This document shows, one piece after another, positions 1-9,751 of a DNA stretch of 50,945 nucleotides; the first letter of the stretch is position 1, and each line of letters opens with the position of its first letter. The DNA lies in the IMG/VR virus record IMGVR_UViG_3300024182_000004, positions 1 through 50,945 of that record; one strand, given 5' to 3'. This DNA comes from a virus. Taxonomy: Duplodnaviria > Caudoviricetes. The notes beneath the pieces were generated by a model. The model made no database searches. It saw only the letters and a program-made list of their open reading frames with translations, and was not told the origin of the DNA. Both the position numbers and the translations under genes were made by a program.

Positions 1-127
1 GGCGAGCTTTACAAGGGCGCCATGACGTACCGCGGCGTGCCGATCCTTTTCGACAAGGTCGCGGACCCGAACACCGTTTGGTACTCCCACGATGACGCCT
101 TCTCCTGGTACGCAGCCCCCGGCTTCA
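1..127. repeat. Terminal direct repeat (identical to 50819-50945); circular-assembly overlap
   Basis: GGCGAGCTTTACAAGGGC...CCCGGCTTCA occurs at both ends; 127 bp equals a common assembler k-mer and the repeat lies inside a gene. Confidence 0.95.
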
Positions 128-258
128 ACATGGACGTCTCTGCCATGCGCCCCGTGGGCAATCAGCCGTACGTCGACTATTGCGTCATCACGCTTTTCCA
201 TCAGTGGGTCTGTGATCGCCGGAATCAACTCGGCAAGATCACGGGCTGGTCTCGGTAA
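1..258 (+). CDS. Major capsid protein, C-terminal part
   Basis: In frame with the 50093 ORF; YRGVPILFD and C-terminal CDRRNQLGKITG are typical of HK97-fold capsid C-termini. Confidence 0.85.
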   Translation, partial: GELYKGAMTYRGVPILFDKVADPNTVWYSHDDAFSWYAAPGFNMDVSAMRPVGNQPYVDYCVITLFHQWVCDRRNQLGKITGWSR

Positions 259-272
259 AGGAGGATGACGCC

Positions 273-1139
273 ATGCCTATGATCAAAATTCTCGACGGCA
301 TCCACGTTTCTCCTTTCAACCCGTTCGCCGGCGAGGGCGAGAACGACCTGTTCTCCTCGTACGCGCCCGCGACAAACGATCGTCTCACCCGCGCCGGCAT
401 ATCGCCAGGCGACTTCTTCCGCTATCGCGAGGGCGTGTTCGGGCTTTTCTACAACCGCTCCGGCTCGTCAACCGCCGTCGGCAACTCGGTCTGTTCGTTC
501 CAAGCTGCTGCTGCGCGTGTGGCGACCATCACCTCGGCGACGGCCGCGGTCATCACCTGCTCGGGGGCGGCTTTCGACGTCCCGGATTCGTCCGGAGCTC
601 CTGGCTTGATCGGCAAGCTGGTCTTCATCAAGACCGGCACCGGCACCGGTCAGGTGCGGCGCATTCTCGACAACACGGCGACAACGATCACCGTCGCCAA
701 GTACATGCCGTCCATTCAGCTATCGGCGACTGATTCCTCGAATCCGAACGCGCTGACCACCGTTCCTGTCAACGGCGACACGCTGATCGTCGTCGGCTTC
801 GACGAGGTCAAGAAGACGACGGCTGTCACGGACGCCGTGCTCGGGGTGGCGATGGCGATCACGACCGACGGCTCGCTCGGCATCTTCCAGGTCGGCGGCC
901 CGGCCATGGCGCTCGTTGTCGGGTCAACCGACGCGACTACCGTGCTCGGTCCTGTCGTTCCGTCGGCGACCGCTGGCACTCTTAAGGGCCCCACTGCGGC
1001 CGGCGAGACTGCGGCAGAAGCGCGACTCGCGTGCGGCATTTCGTTCGATGCCTACGCTGGTGCGGCGGCTCTTCGTCTCATCTTCCTGACGGGCACGAAG
1101 TTCATCGGAGCTTGCGCCCCGCCGCTGGGCGTGCTGTAA
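273..1139 (+). CDS. Putative capsid cement/decoration protein
   Basis: AAGGAGG SD; immediately after the capsid gene; Ala/Thr/Gly-rich; VLGVAMAIT...GIFQVGG motif. Confidence 0.6.
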   Translation: MPMIKILDGIHVSPFNPFAGEGENDLFSSYAPATNDRLTRAGISPGDFFRYREGVFGLFYNRSGSSTAVGNSVCSFQAAAARVATITSATAAVITCSGAAFDVPDSSGAPGLIGKLVFIKTGTGTGQVRRILDNTATTITVAKYMPSIQLSATDSSNPNALTTVPVNGDTLIVVGFDEVKKTTAVTDAVLGVAMAITTDGSLGIFQVGGPAMALVVGSTDATTVLGPVVPSATAGTLKGPTAAGETAAEARLACGISFDAYAGAAALRLIFLTGTKFIGACAPPLGVL

Positions 1140-1172
1140 TCTCTTCCGTCTTGTGACGGTTCTTTTGGCCAT

Positions 1173-1204
1173 GTCGGGGGCTGGCGAAAATTCTGGCCCC
1201 CGAC
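1173..1204 (+). terminator. Stem-loop after capsid/cement genes (terminator or mRNA-stabilising hairpin)
   Basis: GTCGGGGGC...GCCCCCGAC 9-bp stem; no U-tract. Confidence 0.4.
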
Positions 1205-1241
1205 GCCGACCGGAAGAACGGCACAGCGAAGGAGATTGACA

Positions 1242-1526
1242 ATGACACCAAGCATCGGAAGAATCGTCCACTACACCCTCTCGCCGGATGACGTTCGCCG
1301 GATCAACGACAACCGATTGAAGCTCGGCTCCGTCGGCAGGAACCGCGTCGATATCGGCGAGGTCTATCCAGCCATCATCGTCCGCGTCTGGCCTGACGAA
1401 CACGGCCCCGGTATCCCCGGCATCAACGCGCAGGCATTCCTCGACGGCGACGACACCCACTGGATTCTTTCGGCGAAGGAAGGGACCGAAGGCGGGCAGT
1501 GGCAGTGGCCCCCGAGGGTCGAGTAG
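1242..1526 (+). CDS. Conserved phage hypothetical protein
   Basis: AAGGAG SD; PSIGRIVHY...PAIIVRVW...WQWPPRV pattern common in small phage proteins. Confidence 0.75.
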   Translation: MTPSIGRIVHYTLSPDDVRRINDNRLKLGSVGRNRVDIGEVYPAIIVRVWPDEHGPGIPGINAQAFLDGDDTHWILSAKEGTEGGQWQWPPRVE

Positions 1527-1838
1527 ATGTCCGCCACTGAACAGGAAGCCCGTGTCAGCGTCATCGGCCAATCTGGAGTTCCAATCTTCACATTTCATGG
1601 AGGTCGCGCCAGCCTGTTGATCGGCATCGCGGCATCGTTCACGGAAGATGAGCTGGAGGCCGCAAAGAACGAGCAGGACGCCTTCCTTCTCTGCGAGAAG
1701 AAGCGCGAGCAGATGCGCAAAACGCTCGATCAAACAACGCGCGATCTCTTCCGGCACCTCGACGAAGCGCGCGCCGTGATTCCGCCTTCGATCAAGGTTT
1801 CGTTCCCGCCGCTGGCGATGGAGGGTTTCACCAAATGA
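1527..1838 (+). CDS. Hypothetical protein
   Basis: Abuts upstream stop; ATGA overlap with next gene. Confidence 0.65.
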   Translation: MSATEQEARVSVIGQSGVPIFTFHGGRASLLIGIAASFTEDELEAAKNEQDAFLLCEKKREQMRKTLDQTTRDLFRHLDEARAVIPPSIKVSFPPLAMEGFTK

Positions 1839-2467
1839 GCGCCTACGCCCCCGATCCAGCCGCCGACACCAACACGAATTTCATCTCGGCGGATGACGAC
1901 ACGCGCGAGCTGACTGCGCAGGACGTTCTTCCTGCGCTCTTCGAAGCTGGCGTGGTCACCTTCAATCAGGAAGACACCGCCGCGAGCGCGTGGGAGAAGG
2001 AGAACCACCGCGCGATCCTCCGTTCGTGGGAGGTCGGGCTCAAGAGCAGACCGGCCTACAACGAGCGGCGAACTCGTTACAACAAGACTCGCGGGCCGAA
2101 GCCGGTCTCGAAGCTGTCGATGGACCCCGCAATCGCCGAGGAAGAGATCGACCGCCTGATGCGCGGCAACCCGGCGGAGAACGCCGATCGCATCAACACC
2201 CTCCGCGTCGACGTGCTCGGTCTCGACCCGATCGACTTCACGCCGCCGAAGCAGACGCCCTTCGAGGTCGCGCCTCTCACCGCCGAGCAACTCCGCCGCA
2301 ACAACTTCCTCGCTCTCTCGCACGCGAAACAGATGGTCGAGATCGAGAAGATGGAAGACATCGACTTCCTGAACTGGATCTTCGGAAACAAGTCCATCAA
2401 GGTCATGCCGCTGGCGAAGAAGACGGCGCAGGATCGGATCAAGTTGCTGGAGAAGGCGGCGAAGTGA
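1835..2467 (+). CDS. Hypothetical protein
   Basis: Translationally coupled ORF with GC-rich third codon positions. Confidence 0.75.
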   Translation: MSAYAPDPAADTNTNFISADDDTRELTAQDVLPALFEAGVVTFNQEDTAASAWEKENHRAILRSWEVGLKSRPAYNERRTRYNKTRGPKPVSKLSMDPAIAEEEIDRLMRGNPAENADRINTLRVDVLGLDPIDFTPPKQTPFEVAPLTAEQLRRNNFLALSHAKQMVEIEKMEDIDFLNWIFGNKSIKVMPLAKKTAQDRIKLLEKAAK

Positions 2468-2817
2468 GCGCGATCATCAATCCAGTCGTCGAGATTTGCG
2501 AACATCGCGAGTTCGACGCTGGCGTTGACGTGAACAGGCTGACCGACGACGTCGGAAAACTTACCGGTTTCATGGCTCACATTCGCGTGCGTTGCCGCGG
2601 CTGCGGCGTCATGATGAAGTTCCTCGGCCTTCCGATCGGTTGCCACCTCGACGGCGCGACGGTTTCGGTCGGCGCTGAGGAGTTGCGAGCCGCGATTGCG
2701 CCGCACCTCGATTGGATCGCTCCCGGCAAGGCGCCTGAGTTCAGAGGTTTCGTCGCACGTCAGGCGCCGGTCGTTGATGTGCCGGTGAGTGGCGAGATCA
2801 TCAAAGCGAGCCACTGA
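2464..2817 (+). CDS. Hypothetical CxxC protein
   Basis: GTGA overlap start preceded by GAAGG; C-terminal part of track ORF 1990..2817. Confidence 0.65.
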   Translation: MSAIINPVVEICEHREFDAGVDVNRLTDDVGKLTGFMAHIRVRCRGCGVMMKFLGLPIGCHLDGATVSVGAEELRAAIAPHLDWIAPGKAPEFRGFVARQAPVVDVPVSGEIIKASH

Positions 2818-3770
2818 TGCCGCAGACCGCAGGAGACATCGTCCGGTTCGTGATGAGCCGCCTGCCCGGCCTTCAAGAGCTGGAGGCGATGACGCTCTAC
2901 TCCTCGGCCCTGCGCTGGCTCTACAACAAGCACGAGTGGCTCTTCCTGCTCCGCAACGACATCGTCACCACCGAAGCGCCGTACAGCGCCAACACGTTGA
3001 CCGCGACCACCGGCAGCGCCGCACTCGTCGGCGATTCGACACTTTGGGATCCGACGTGGGTCAGCCGGAAGATCGTCATCCAGGGCATCGCGACACCCTT
3101 CGACGTCGTCGTGACCGGCGCGACCACGGCGACTCTCCAGGCAAACGGCGCGAACGTGAACTGGCCTGGCGCGACTAACTCCGGCCTCAGCTACCGGATC
3201 TACCGCGACGTCTACACCCTCGCCGCGAACTTCGATTGGGGACGCTCGTTCTTTTGGTGGGACCCCTCGCAGACCTTCGAGCTCCCGATGATCGACGTGA
3301 CCCTCATGCTCCGCGAGAAGGCGATCATCCCCGGCAACCTCGGGCAACCGATGGCAGTCTGCCGCGCGCCGCTCCAGCAGGCTACACCTACGACGGTCCC
3401 GGCCGCGGCAGTCGAGTTTGGCCCATACGTCCCTGACGCCGTTCGTTCGTACAACCTCTGGGGCTTCCCGATCCCCGCGATCACTACCGCCGACAATCAG
3501 TATCCCTTGTGGCCCGTCGGATCGGAGGATCTCATCGGCAAGCGGATGCAGATCGAATACGGCGACAACCCACGGCACCGGATGGCTCCCTCCGCGAACT
3601 TCATGAATGAGTACCTGATGGCGGTCTGGGATCTCTTCAAGCGGAACGACGGTGGGGCCGAGATCCAGCGGATTCGCCAGCGCTACAACGGCGGCGGAAT
3701 GCGCAGGCCGTACCTCTACCCGAATGGGCGCGTGCTGCCGGATGTGTCGGGGTGGCCGAATTCGGGCTAA
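2817..3770 (+). CDS. Putative head-tail adaptor / tail tubular protein with inserted beta domain
   Basis: Position after capsid module; helical N-terminus plus HEWLFL, VYTLAANFD and YPLWP motifs. Confidence 0.55.
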   Translation: MPQTAGDIVRFVMSRLPGLQELEAMTLYSSALRWLYNKHEWLFLLRNDIVTTEAPYSANTLTATTGSAALVGDSTLWDPTWVSRKIVIQGIATPFDVVVTGATTATLQANGANVNWPGATNSGLSYRIYRDVYTLAANFDWGRSFFWWDPSQTFELPMIDVTLMLREKAIIPGNLGQPMAVCRAPLQQATPTTVPAAAVEFGPYVPDAVRSYNLWGFPIPAITTADNQYPLWPVGSEDLIGKRMQIEYGDNPRHRMAPSANFMNEYLMAVWDLFKRNDGGAEIQRIRQRYNGGGMRRPYLYPNGRVLPDVSGWPNSG

Positions 3771-3780
3771 ACTGCGCGGC

Positions 3781-3945
3781 ATGGAAAACAAAAAGCCTCC
3801 GATCGAATCAGAGCCGGAGCCGTCCTGGTCAGGGTTGATCTACACGAAGGAATGGTGGTCCCTGCCGATCGAAGAGGCAGTCCGGCTCGAAAATAGGGCA
3901 CTCGCAAAACTCCTTGATGAACCGGAGAAGTATTCATGGGCCTGA
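3781..3945 (+). CDS. Small leaderless accessory protein (54 aa)
   Basis: TAAACT -10-like hexamer at 3768-3773, 7 nt before the ATG; inserted between two adaptor-like genes. Confidence 0.55.
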   Translation: MENKKPPIESEPEPSWSGLIYTKEWWSLPIEEAVRLENRALAKLLDEPEKYSWA

Positions 3946-4643
3946 CCGGCCAAGCCCTCATCGACAACCTCTCTGCCCGTCTCGGCTACGGCGCGACACC
4001 ATCTGCCGCTCAGCGCGCGGCCGCGCTCGCCCTTCTGCAGGCCGCCGAATCGTGGATCGCTCAGCAGGGATCGCTCAAGTACCTCGAACGAGACACGACC
4101 CTGACGCTGACGCCCGGCCTCGACTTCATCGACATGCCGGCGTGGGTGGACTTCGGAAAGACGATGTCGCTCGCGCTGCCGGACGGGAACGGCGAGTTGA
4201 AGATCCTTCCCGCCGACCAGTTCCGCCGCGACACGAAGTACACGTACGGCGCATGGAACCTGACCTCGCCGAAGAGCTGCCACGTCGCCCGCGACACGAC
4301 CGGCGCGACGATCCGTTTCATCTTCGACCGATCGAACGCGACGGGCGGGAACCTCGTCTATCCCTTCTCGGCGCAGCAGCTCCCGAACACGCTCTCGGAT
4401 AGCGCGGCGGCCGGAACCGGATCGTCCCTCCCGGGCGACTACGACATCTCGCTCCTCTTGAAGCGCGCCGAGTTCGAGGGCAAGCGCGAGACCCGCAGCC
4501 TCGTGTCGCAGAAAGAGTTCGACGACCTCGACGCGCAGATGGGTCGCTTCTTCGATCAGTACCGCTCATCGAAAGAGCAGCCGAAGCCGGACAGCGAGCA
4601 ACTGGCGCGGAAGAAGAGCGAGATGATTCGGGAGGGGACGTGA
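3936..4643 (+). CDS. Second putative adaptor / tail tubular protein
   Basis: Same layout as 2817..3770 (helical N-terminus, TLTLTPG...MPAW, SLPGDYD). Confidence 0.55.
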   Translation: MGLTGQALIDNLSARLGYGATPSAAQRAAALALLQAAESWIAQQGSLKYLERDTTLTLTPGLDFIDMPAWVDFGKTMSLALPDGNGELKILPADQFRRDTKYTYGAWNLTSPKSCHVARDTTGATIRFIFDRSNATGGNLVYPFSAQQLPNTLSDSAAAGTGSSLPGDYDISLLLKRAEFEGKRETRSLVSQKEFDDLDAQMGRFFDQYRSSKEQPKPDSEQLARKKSEMIREGT

Positions 4644-4912
4644 AGGAAGAGCGCCACCTCATCGCGATGGTTCCGAAGGGATACCGACCGATCCACGAAG
4701 ACAGCATTGCATCCCTTCGGGCATTGATAGCGAAAGCCGAGAAGGGCGAAGTAACGGCCTTCGTGTTCGCCGCGTGCGAGCCCGGCTTCAGCTATTGGCT
4801 CTCGCGAACTGCCACTACGAGGCAAGACCGAACGAACCTCATTGGACAGCTTCAAATGTTGATACGCGATCTATTGAACGATGAAGATGTGGCTCTTCAT
4901 CGCGGTGAATAG
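4640..4912 (+). CDS. Hypothetical protein
   Basis: Coupled GTG start; short accessory ORF. Confidence 0.65.
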   Translation: MKEERHLIAMVPKGYRPIHEDSIASLRALIAKAEKGEVTAFVFAACEPGFSYWLSRTATTRQDRTNLIGQLQMLIRDLLNDEDVALHRGE

Positions 4913-7129
4913 ATGCCAACCGCCAGCAACGCAGCCAGCGCCGATTTCGAGGGCAACCGGGGCCTTTTCACTAATCAACAGGCGCACACCTCCGATCCCT
5001 CCGCGTTCCTGATCTACACCGACATCATCAACACGCAGGACGGGAGGCGGCGCAAGCGCCCCGGAATCGGCACTCCGATTCAGAACGTCGCCGCCGGAGG
5101 AGTCGTCGGGCCCGGCCAGATGCACGAATACACGCGGGTCTCGCCGACGACCGGGGCCATCACCTACTACCAGTTCCGCGCGTGGGGCTCGGTCATTGAG
5201 CGATGGAACAGCGGCGCGGGGACTTGGGACACCTGCGCCCTCGGAGCTGTGGCCTTCACCGGCACGGCCTGGCAATTCGTCAACTTTCGCAACCGGTGCT
5301 ACGCGATCAACGGCGTGGACGGGATCTTCTACTTCGACGGAACGACTGGTCCGGACGGGCGGGAGTGGTACGTGGTCGGGATCGCGACACCGAGCATCTC
5401 GGCCGGCTACTCGCTGAGCGCCGTCGACGCCCCCTACATCACCGGCACCGTGAGCGTCACGAAGGGCGGAACGACGGTCACCGGATCCGGCGCGACGACA
5501 TGGGTCACCAGCGGGGCGTGGGTCGGGAAGACAATGACGATCGGCGGAGTGGCCTACACGATCGCCGTCGTCACTGTGGCTTCGCCGGGCGTCCTGACCA
5601 TCGTCGAGCCCTACCGCGGCGACACCCTGGCCGGAGTGCTCTACACGATCTTTCCCGGGTTGATGGATTGGTCCGAGCCGCCGCGCTACGCCTACAGCTA
5701 CTACAACACGGCCACGGGCCACAGCTCGAACGTCTCGCCGGCCGTGCAGATCACGGAGAAGGATGTCATCGGCCGCACGGTCAGGATCACCGGCATCCCC
5801 TACTCGCCAGTCGACTTCAACAACGGCTACGACAAGATCCAGATATGGCGCTCGGCGAAAGACGGGACGGCAATGGTCGACATCCTTCCATCGCAGGGCG
5901 GACAGATCAACAACTCCGCCGGCGCCGGCACGACCGCCTTCACCGAGACCGCCAACACCTTCAGCGATATCGACCTCGGCCAGGAGTCGGCGCCGATCGT
6001 CTCGAACAGGAAGCCGCTGAATGGGACGGACTCCGCGCCGATCGCGGCTTCATCGATCGCAGAGTGGGGCGGCCGGCTGTGGGTGACGGCGCCTCGCGAG
6101 GCAAAGCTCTATTACTGCGCGATCGGCCCCGAGATCGGATTCGGGCGCGGCGACGAGTGCTGGCCGGCCGAGAATACGCTCGACGTGACGGACGCTCGCG
6201 CTCTCCTGCGGGTCGGCCAGGACAAACAGGACAACCTCCTCGTGCAGACCGGGACGAAGGATCGAGTCGTCATCGGGAACAACATCATCGACTTCGACAC
6301 CGCAGGCCTCGGCACCGACGAACAGGGCGGCGGGTTCAGGGGCGGCGCGATCGCTGTGGCTGGCACCTTCCTGCAGCTCTACGGCGACAATCGGCTGATG
6401 GACAACACGAACGACGCTTCGCTGCTCGAGACTCCGGTCCAGCGCCGCGCGGCGGATCGCGCGAACATCGGACGTGAGATTCAGCCGGACCTCAGCGCGA
6501 TCCCGGCAGCGCAACTCCCGCAGAGCACCCTCGTTCGTTTCGTGCTGAAGGAGTTCAACCTTCTGTTGGTCTCGGTGGCCGTGGCCGCTGGCGACAACAC
6601 CATCACCTACGTCTTCGACTACAACCATTCGACGTGGTACCGGTGGTCGATCGGCTTCTCCGCTTTCGCCGTCGTCCACAACCCAGCGGCCGGGAACGCG
6701 CTGGAGCTCTGGGGCGTCCGCGCCAGCGACAAGAAGGTGTACCGGCTCCTACAGCCGAACGTCTTCACCGACAACGGAGCGAACTTCACCCCCGCGCAGC
6801 GCTCTTCGATCATCCGGCCATTCGGGTACGGAAAACAGGGGTTCTTTAAGTTTCTCAAGCTCTACGTCAACGACCCGGCGAACGCTTGGCAGGCGAAGGT
6901 CTATTGCGACGAAGACACGACCGGCCAGCAGTTCCCCGTCGACATCCCGAACTTTCGCTGGGAGAGCGCGGCGGGGAAGGAACTCATCCTCCCGGCGATC
7001 CACACCGCGAAGAAGATCGGCGAGGTGTTCCAGTTCGACGTGATCTGGCCTACGACGGCGACTGACCTGTGGATCGAGAAGATGGGCACGACGTTCTCGC
7101 TTGAGCAGGACGTTGAGGAGAGGCAGTAG
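4913..7129 (+). CDS. Putative tail nozzle / packaged-DNA stabilisation protein (P22 gp10-like or T7 gp12-like)
   Basis: 738 aa, beta-rich; N-terminal RRKRPG, NRCYAINGVD and YVFDYNHSTWYRW motifs; position after adaptors. Confidence 0.65.
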   Translation: MPTASNAASADFEGNRGLFTNQQAHTSDPSAFLIYTDIINTQDGRRRKRPGIGTPIQNVAAGGVVGPGQMHEYTRVSPTTGAITYYQFRAWGSVIERWNSGAGTWDTCALGAVAFTGTAWQFVNFRNRCYAINGVDGIFYFDGTTGPDGREWYVVGIATPSISAGYSLSAVDAPYITGTVSVTKGGTTVTGSGATTWVTSGAWVGKTMTIGGVAYTIAVVTVASPGVLTIVEPYRGDTLAGVLYTIFPGLMDWSEPPRYAYSYYNTATGHSSNVSPAVQITEKDVIGRTVRITGIPYSPVDFNNGYDKIQIWRSAKDGTAMVDILPSQGGQINNSAGAGTTAFTETANTFSDIDLGQESAPIVSNRKPLNGTDSAPIAASSIAEWGGRLWVTAPREAKLYYCAIGPEIGFGRGDECWPAENTLDVTDARALLRVGQDKQDNLLVQTGTKDRVVIGNNIIDFDTAGLGTDEQGGGFRGGAIAVAGTFLQLYGDNRLMDNTNDASLLETPVQRRAADRANIGREIQPDLSAIPAAQLPQSTLVRFVLKEFNLLLVSVAVAAGDNTITYVFDYNHSTWYRWSIGFSAFAVVHNPAAGNALELWGVRASDKKVYRLLQPNVFTDNGANFTPAQRSSIIRPFGYGKQGFFKFLKLYVNDPANAWQAKVYCDEDTTGQQFPVDIPNFRWESAAGKELILPAIHTAKKIGEVFQFDVIWPTTATDLWIEKMGTTFSLEQDVEERQ

Positions 7130-7144
7130 GTTACAATCTGCGCC
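7129..7144 (+). promoter_or_regulatory. Repeated promoter motif copy 1 (GGTTACAATCTGCGCC), leaderless
   Basis: TACAAT at 7132-7137, ATG at 7145. Confidence 0.75.
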
Positions 7145-7606
7145 ATGCCTATCACACCCTCACCAACCGGAAGCGGAGCGCCGTATTGGAGAACGGGTTG
7201 CGGCTCGTTCGTCGCCAACGGTAGCTTCGGCACCGCGAACGACTACATGCTTCAAATGTTCGTCACCTGCGCAGACCCTCCGAATACCCCGACACGCATC
7301 GCCATGGGCGACCTCGTGTTTCAATGCTGGCGGCAAGCGCAAGAGAGACAACTTCAGTTCCTCGTTCGCCACATCCGCAGAATTCTTGACGATCCGACCG
7401 ATTGGATGAAGAACGTCTCGGTTGCAAGCCTCGACTCGGCGGCGGAAATCCTCCGTTCCTTGCGAGATCTCTCCGCTCACATTACGACCCAGCGGGACCG
7501 ATATCTAGCCGCCGAGGTCATTCACGATAGAGAACTCATCGAAGGCCAGATGCTCTTCTACGTCGGCGAGAAGCTGGTCGGCGAGTGCAGCGGGTGGACG
7601 GCGTAA
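7145..7606 (+). CDS. Truncated paralog of the major capsid protein (153 aa)
   Basis: GSFVANGSFGTANDYMLQMFVTC versus capsid GSFAANGHNGTANDYMLDMWITC (17/23 aa; 56/69 nt). Confidence 0.8.
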   Translation: MPITPSPTGSGAPYWRTGCGSFVANGSFGTANDYMLQMFVTCADPPNTPTRIAMGDLVFQCWRQAQERQLQFLVRHIRRILDDPTDWMKNVSVASLDSAAEILRSLRDLSAHITTQRDRYLAAEVIHDRELIEGQMLFYVGEKLVGECSGWTA

Positions 7607-7610
7607 CCTT

Positions 7611-9731
7611 GTGGGACTCCTCGCCGGACAGACCGACTCGCCGAGCAACCTCACCGGCCCTCGCGACCGTCCGCGCCAACTCCTCCCGCTCCCGCCGTAC
7701 GACCTGATCGTTCGAGTCAGCGGCAACGCCGTCCAGCTCCTCGCCGTCGATCGAGCGCAGTTCATTACCGCCGACGGCAACCTCTCCGGGTCGACGAAGT
7801 ACATCTTCTATTGGGTCGCGATGATGGACTCTTCGACGCACGATGGGAGGCTTGAAGCGCTGAACCGCGCGCTCGTCGTCGGCAGCGTTCCGCGAACCTA
7901 CGTGAGCGGCCAGCGGCTCCCCTGCCCCCTACTCACCGACGCTCGCTTCACTAGCGGTTACTTCCTCTGCGTCGGGATGGATGACGAAGGGAACGTCTCG
8001 CAAGGAATCCTCGCGTCCTCGGCGCAATCGAGCACGATCCTCGATGGCTCCGTGCCGGGCCCGGTGACCGACCTGCAGATCAGCGAAGACGGCGAGCAGG
8101 CGAACGGCACCGTCGTTTCGGTTCTCAGCTTCACCTACGTCGCGCCGAATCCGAAGAACTCCTTCATCGGCATCCAGCCGGTTATCCGCGACTACCCGGC
8201 AGTCGGCGATCTGACGGAGTTCGGGCCTCTCGGTTACGGCGGACCAGGGGGGGGCGCCGGAGGCGGACAGCTCCGCATCGTTCCAGCCAGGCGCACCGGC
8301 GACGGGACGATCACGATCACGATGTCGTCCGTCGTCGGGACCGGGACTCACTTCACTCTCTTCGCGAAGACTGGCGACCAGATCGAGGTGTTCGGCGTTC
8401 TCGGTCGCGTTACGGTCAACAGCGACACTCTCATGACTCTCGACGTGGCGTGGCCAGCGACCGCGCCGGTGGTGACGGCGGTCGACCAGTACGTCATGAT
8501 CGGACGCTGCCGGGTGTACGCCGTAGCGCTCTCCCAGCTCCTCGCGCACACCGACGATCAGACCGATTGGCCGTATGTCGACGTCGATATCGACGGGCTC
8601 CTGTCCGCTCCGAACGCGCCAGCCGCCCTGACCCTGACTCCTTTCGGCAACGGGATCCGCGGGCAGTTCGCGCAGGTGGCCGGCGTCGGCATCCGCGGCT
8701 ATCTCGTCTTCCGTTCGACCGGTACGAGCGTCGACCTCTTCAACGCCTTCCAGATCGGCAAAGAGATCAGGCACGATCCGACGACACCGAATGGCGGCAC
8801 GATCCTCCAGTTCGAGGATACGAATTTCACGGTGTTCGAGCGCGAGCAAGGGCAGATTTTCCGGTACTACGTGAAGACGGTCAACGTCCGCGACGAATGG
8901 TCCGGACTCTTCGCGACGGCCACGGCTGCGTGCCGGCTCGACGCACCATCCGACAACAGCCCGACGAATCCAGCCCGCGAGATCGCGCTCAATCAACTAT
9001 GGGACGGCCACATCAACGGGACGGCTGGACTCGTTGGCGTCGGCGACGCTGGCCAGGACGTCAACATGGGCGGCACTCCTCCGGCTGGTCGCGCCAGGTG
9101 GGCGGGCGTCGCTGGCGGGGTGGGCGTGGCTCCCTCGCACGTGAGCTCCACGGAGGTCATCCTCGCGATGAGCGCGCCCGCCGCTGTCGGCCAGAGCGCC
9201 ATCCAGCAGGACATCGGGGGATGGGACAACGCCGCGGCGACCGACAGGCGGCTTCCGACGAACAAGCTGCTCTGCCTCCAGGTCAAGGCGCGTACGACCG
9301 GCGGCCAACCGAACGGAACGCTCTTCCTGGAGATCCAGCAGTGGAACGGCGGCGCGCAGAGCGGGGTGGCGAACTATCGCCAGCGCCTCTCGAACGACGT
9401 CCTCGACACGACGGCGACGAGCCTCGCGATTCAGGGGTCCGACATCGTCACCGACTACACGGTCTACTGGGGCGTCTTCGTCCCCGATCCGAACGTGGTA
9501 ACGACGTTCTTCCGCGCTCGCATCCACTACGACGTGACGAACTGGAACGGGGTGAACGTCTTCGTCACCGAGGCGATGCTGGCGATCGCGGAGACGTTGC
9601 CGCCGTACAATCCGCAGATGGCCGATCCTTCGATCACGTACACGCGGCCGAGCGGCGGGGCTCCTCTTCCGCATGGAGGCTTCGACCCCGACAACGGCGG
9701 CGGTCGAGACCGTATCCCGCTTCCGCCTTGA
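7611..9731 (+). CDS. Tail protein with fibronectin-III-like and carbohydrate-binding-like domains
   Basis: PGPVTDLQI, PNAPAALT, GYLVFRS and YYVKTVN..DEWS FN3-type motifs; beta-sandwich-like C-terminus. Confidence 0.6.
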   Translation: MGLLAGQTDSPSNLTGPRDRPRQLLPLPPYDLIVRVSGNAVQLLAVDRAQFITADGNLSGSTKYIFYWVAMMDSSTHDGRLEALNRALVVGSVPRTYVSGQRLPCPLLTDARFTSGYFLCVGMDDEGNVSQGILASSAQSSTILDGSVPGPVTDLQISEDGEQANGTVVSVLSFTYVAPNPKNSFIGIQPVIRDYPAVGDLTEFGPLGYGGPGGGAGGGQLRIVPARRTGDGTITITMSSVVGTGTHFTLFAKTGDQIEVFGVLGRVTVNSDTLMTLDVAWPATAPVVTAVDQYVMIGRCRVYAVALSQLLAHTDDQTDWPYVDVDIDGLLSAPNAPAALTLTPFGNGIRGQFAQVAGVGIRGYLVFRSTGTSVDLFNAFQIGKEIRHDPTTPNGGTILQFEDTNFTVFEREQGQIFRYYVKTVNVRDEWSGLFATATAACRLDAPSDNSPTNPAREIALNQLWDGHINGTAGLVGVGDAGQDVNMGGTPPAGRARWAGVAGGVGVAPSHVSSTEVILAMSAPAAVGQSAIQQDIGGWDNAAATDRRLPTNKLLCLQVKARTTGGQPNGTLFLEIQQWNGGAQSGVANYRQRLSNDVLDTTATSLAIQGSDIVTDYTVYWGVFVPDPNVVTTFFRARIHYDVTNWNGVNVFVTEAMLAIAETLPPYNPQMADPSITYTRPSGGAPLPHGGFDPDNGGGRDRIPLPP

Positions 9732-9735
9732 GATC

Positions 9736-9751
9736 GGTTACAATCTGCGCC
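9736..9751 (+). promoter_or_regulatory. Repeated promoter motif copy 2, leaderless
   Basis: GGTTACAATCTGCGCC then ATG at 9752. Confidence 0.75.

Noticed and set aside
1-127. Biological terminal repeat (T7-like DTR)
   Set aside because: Falls inside the capsid gene and equals a standard assembler k-mer; most likely an assembly overlap
5203-6477. Long alternative-frame and antisense ORFs (also 8450..9751, 10951..12180, 22485..23687, 39502..40443, 50105..50908)
   Set aside because: Arg/Pro-rich shadows of real genes, expected in GC-rich DNA
7202-7270. Diversity-generating retroelement template/variable pair with 50630-50698
   Set aside because: No reverse transcriptase seen; mismatches are not confined to adenines and several are synonymous
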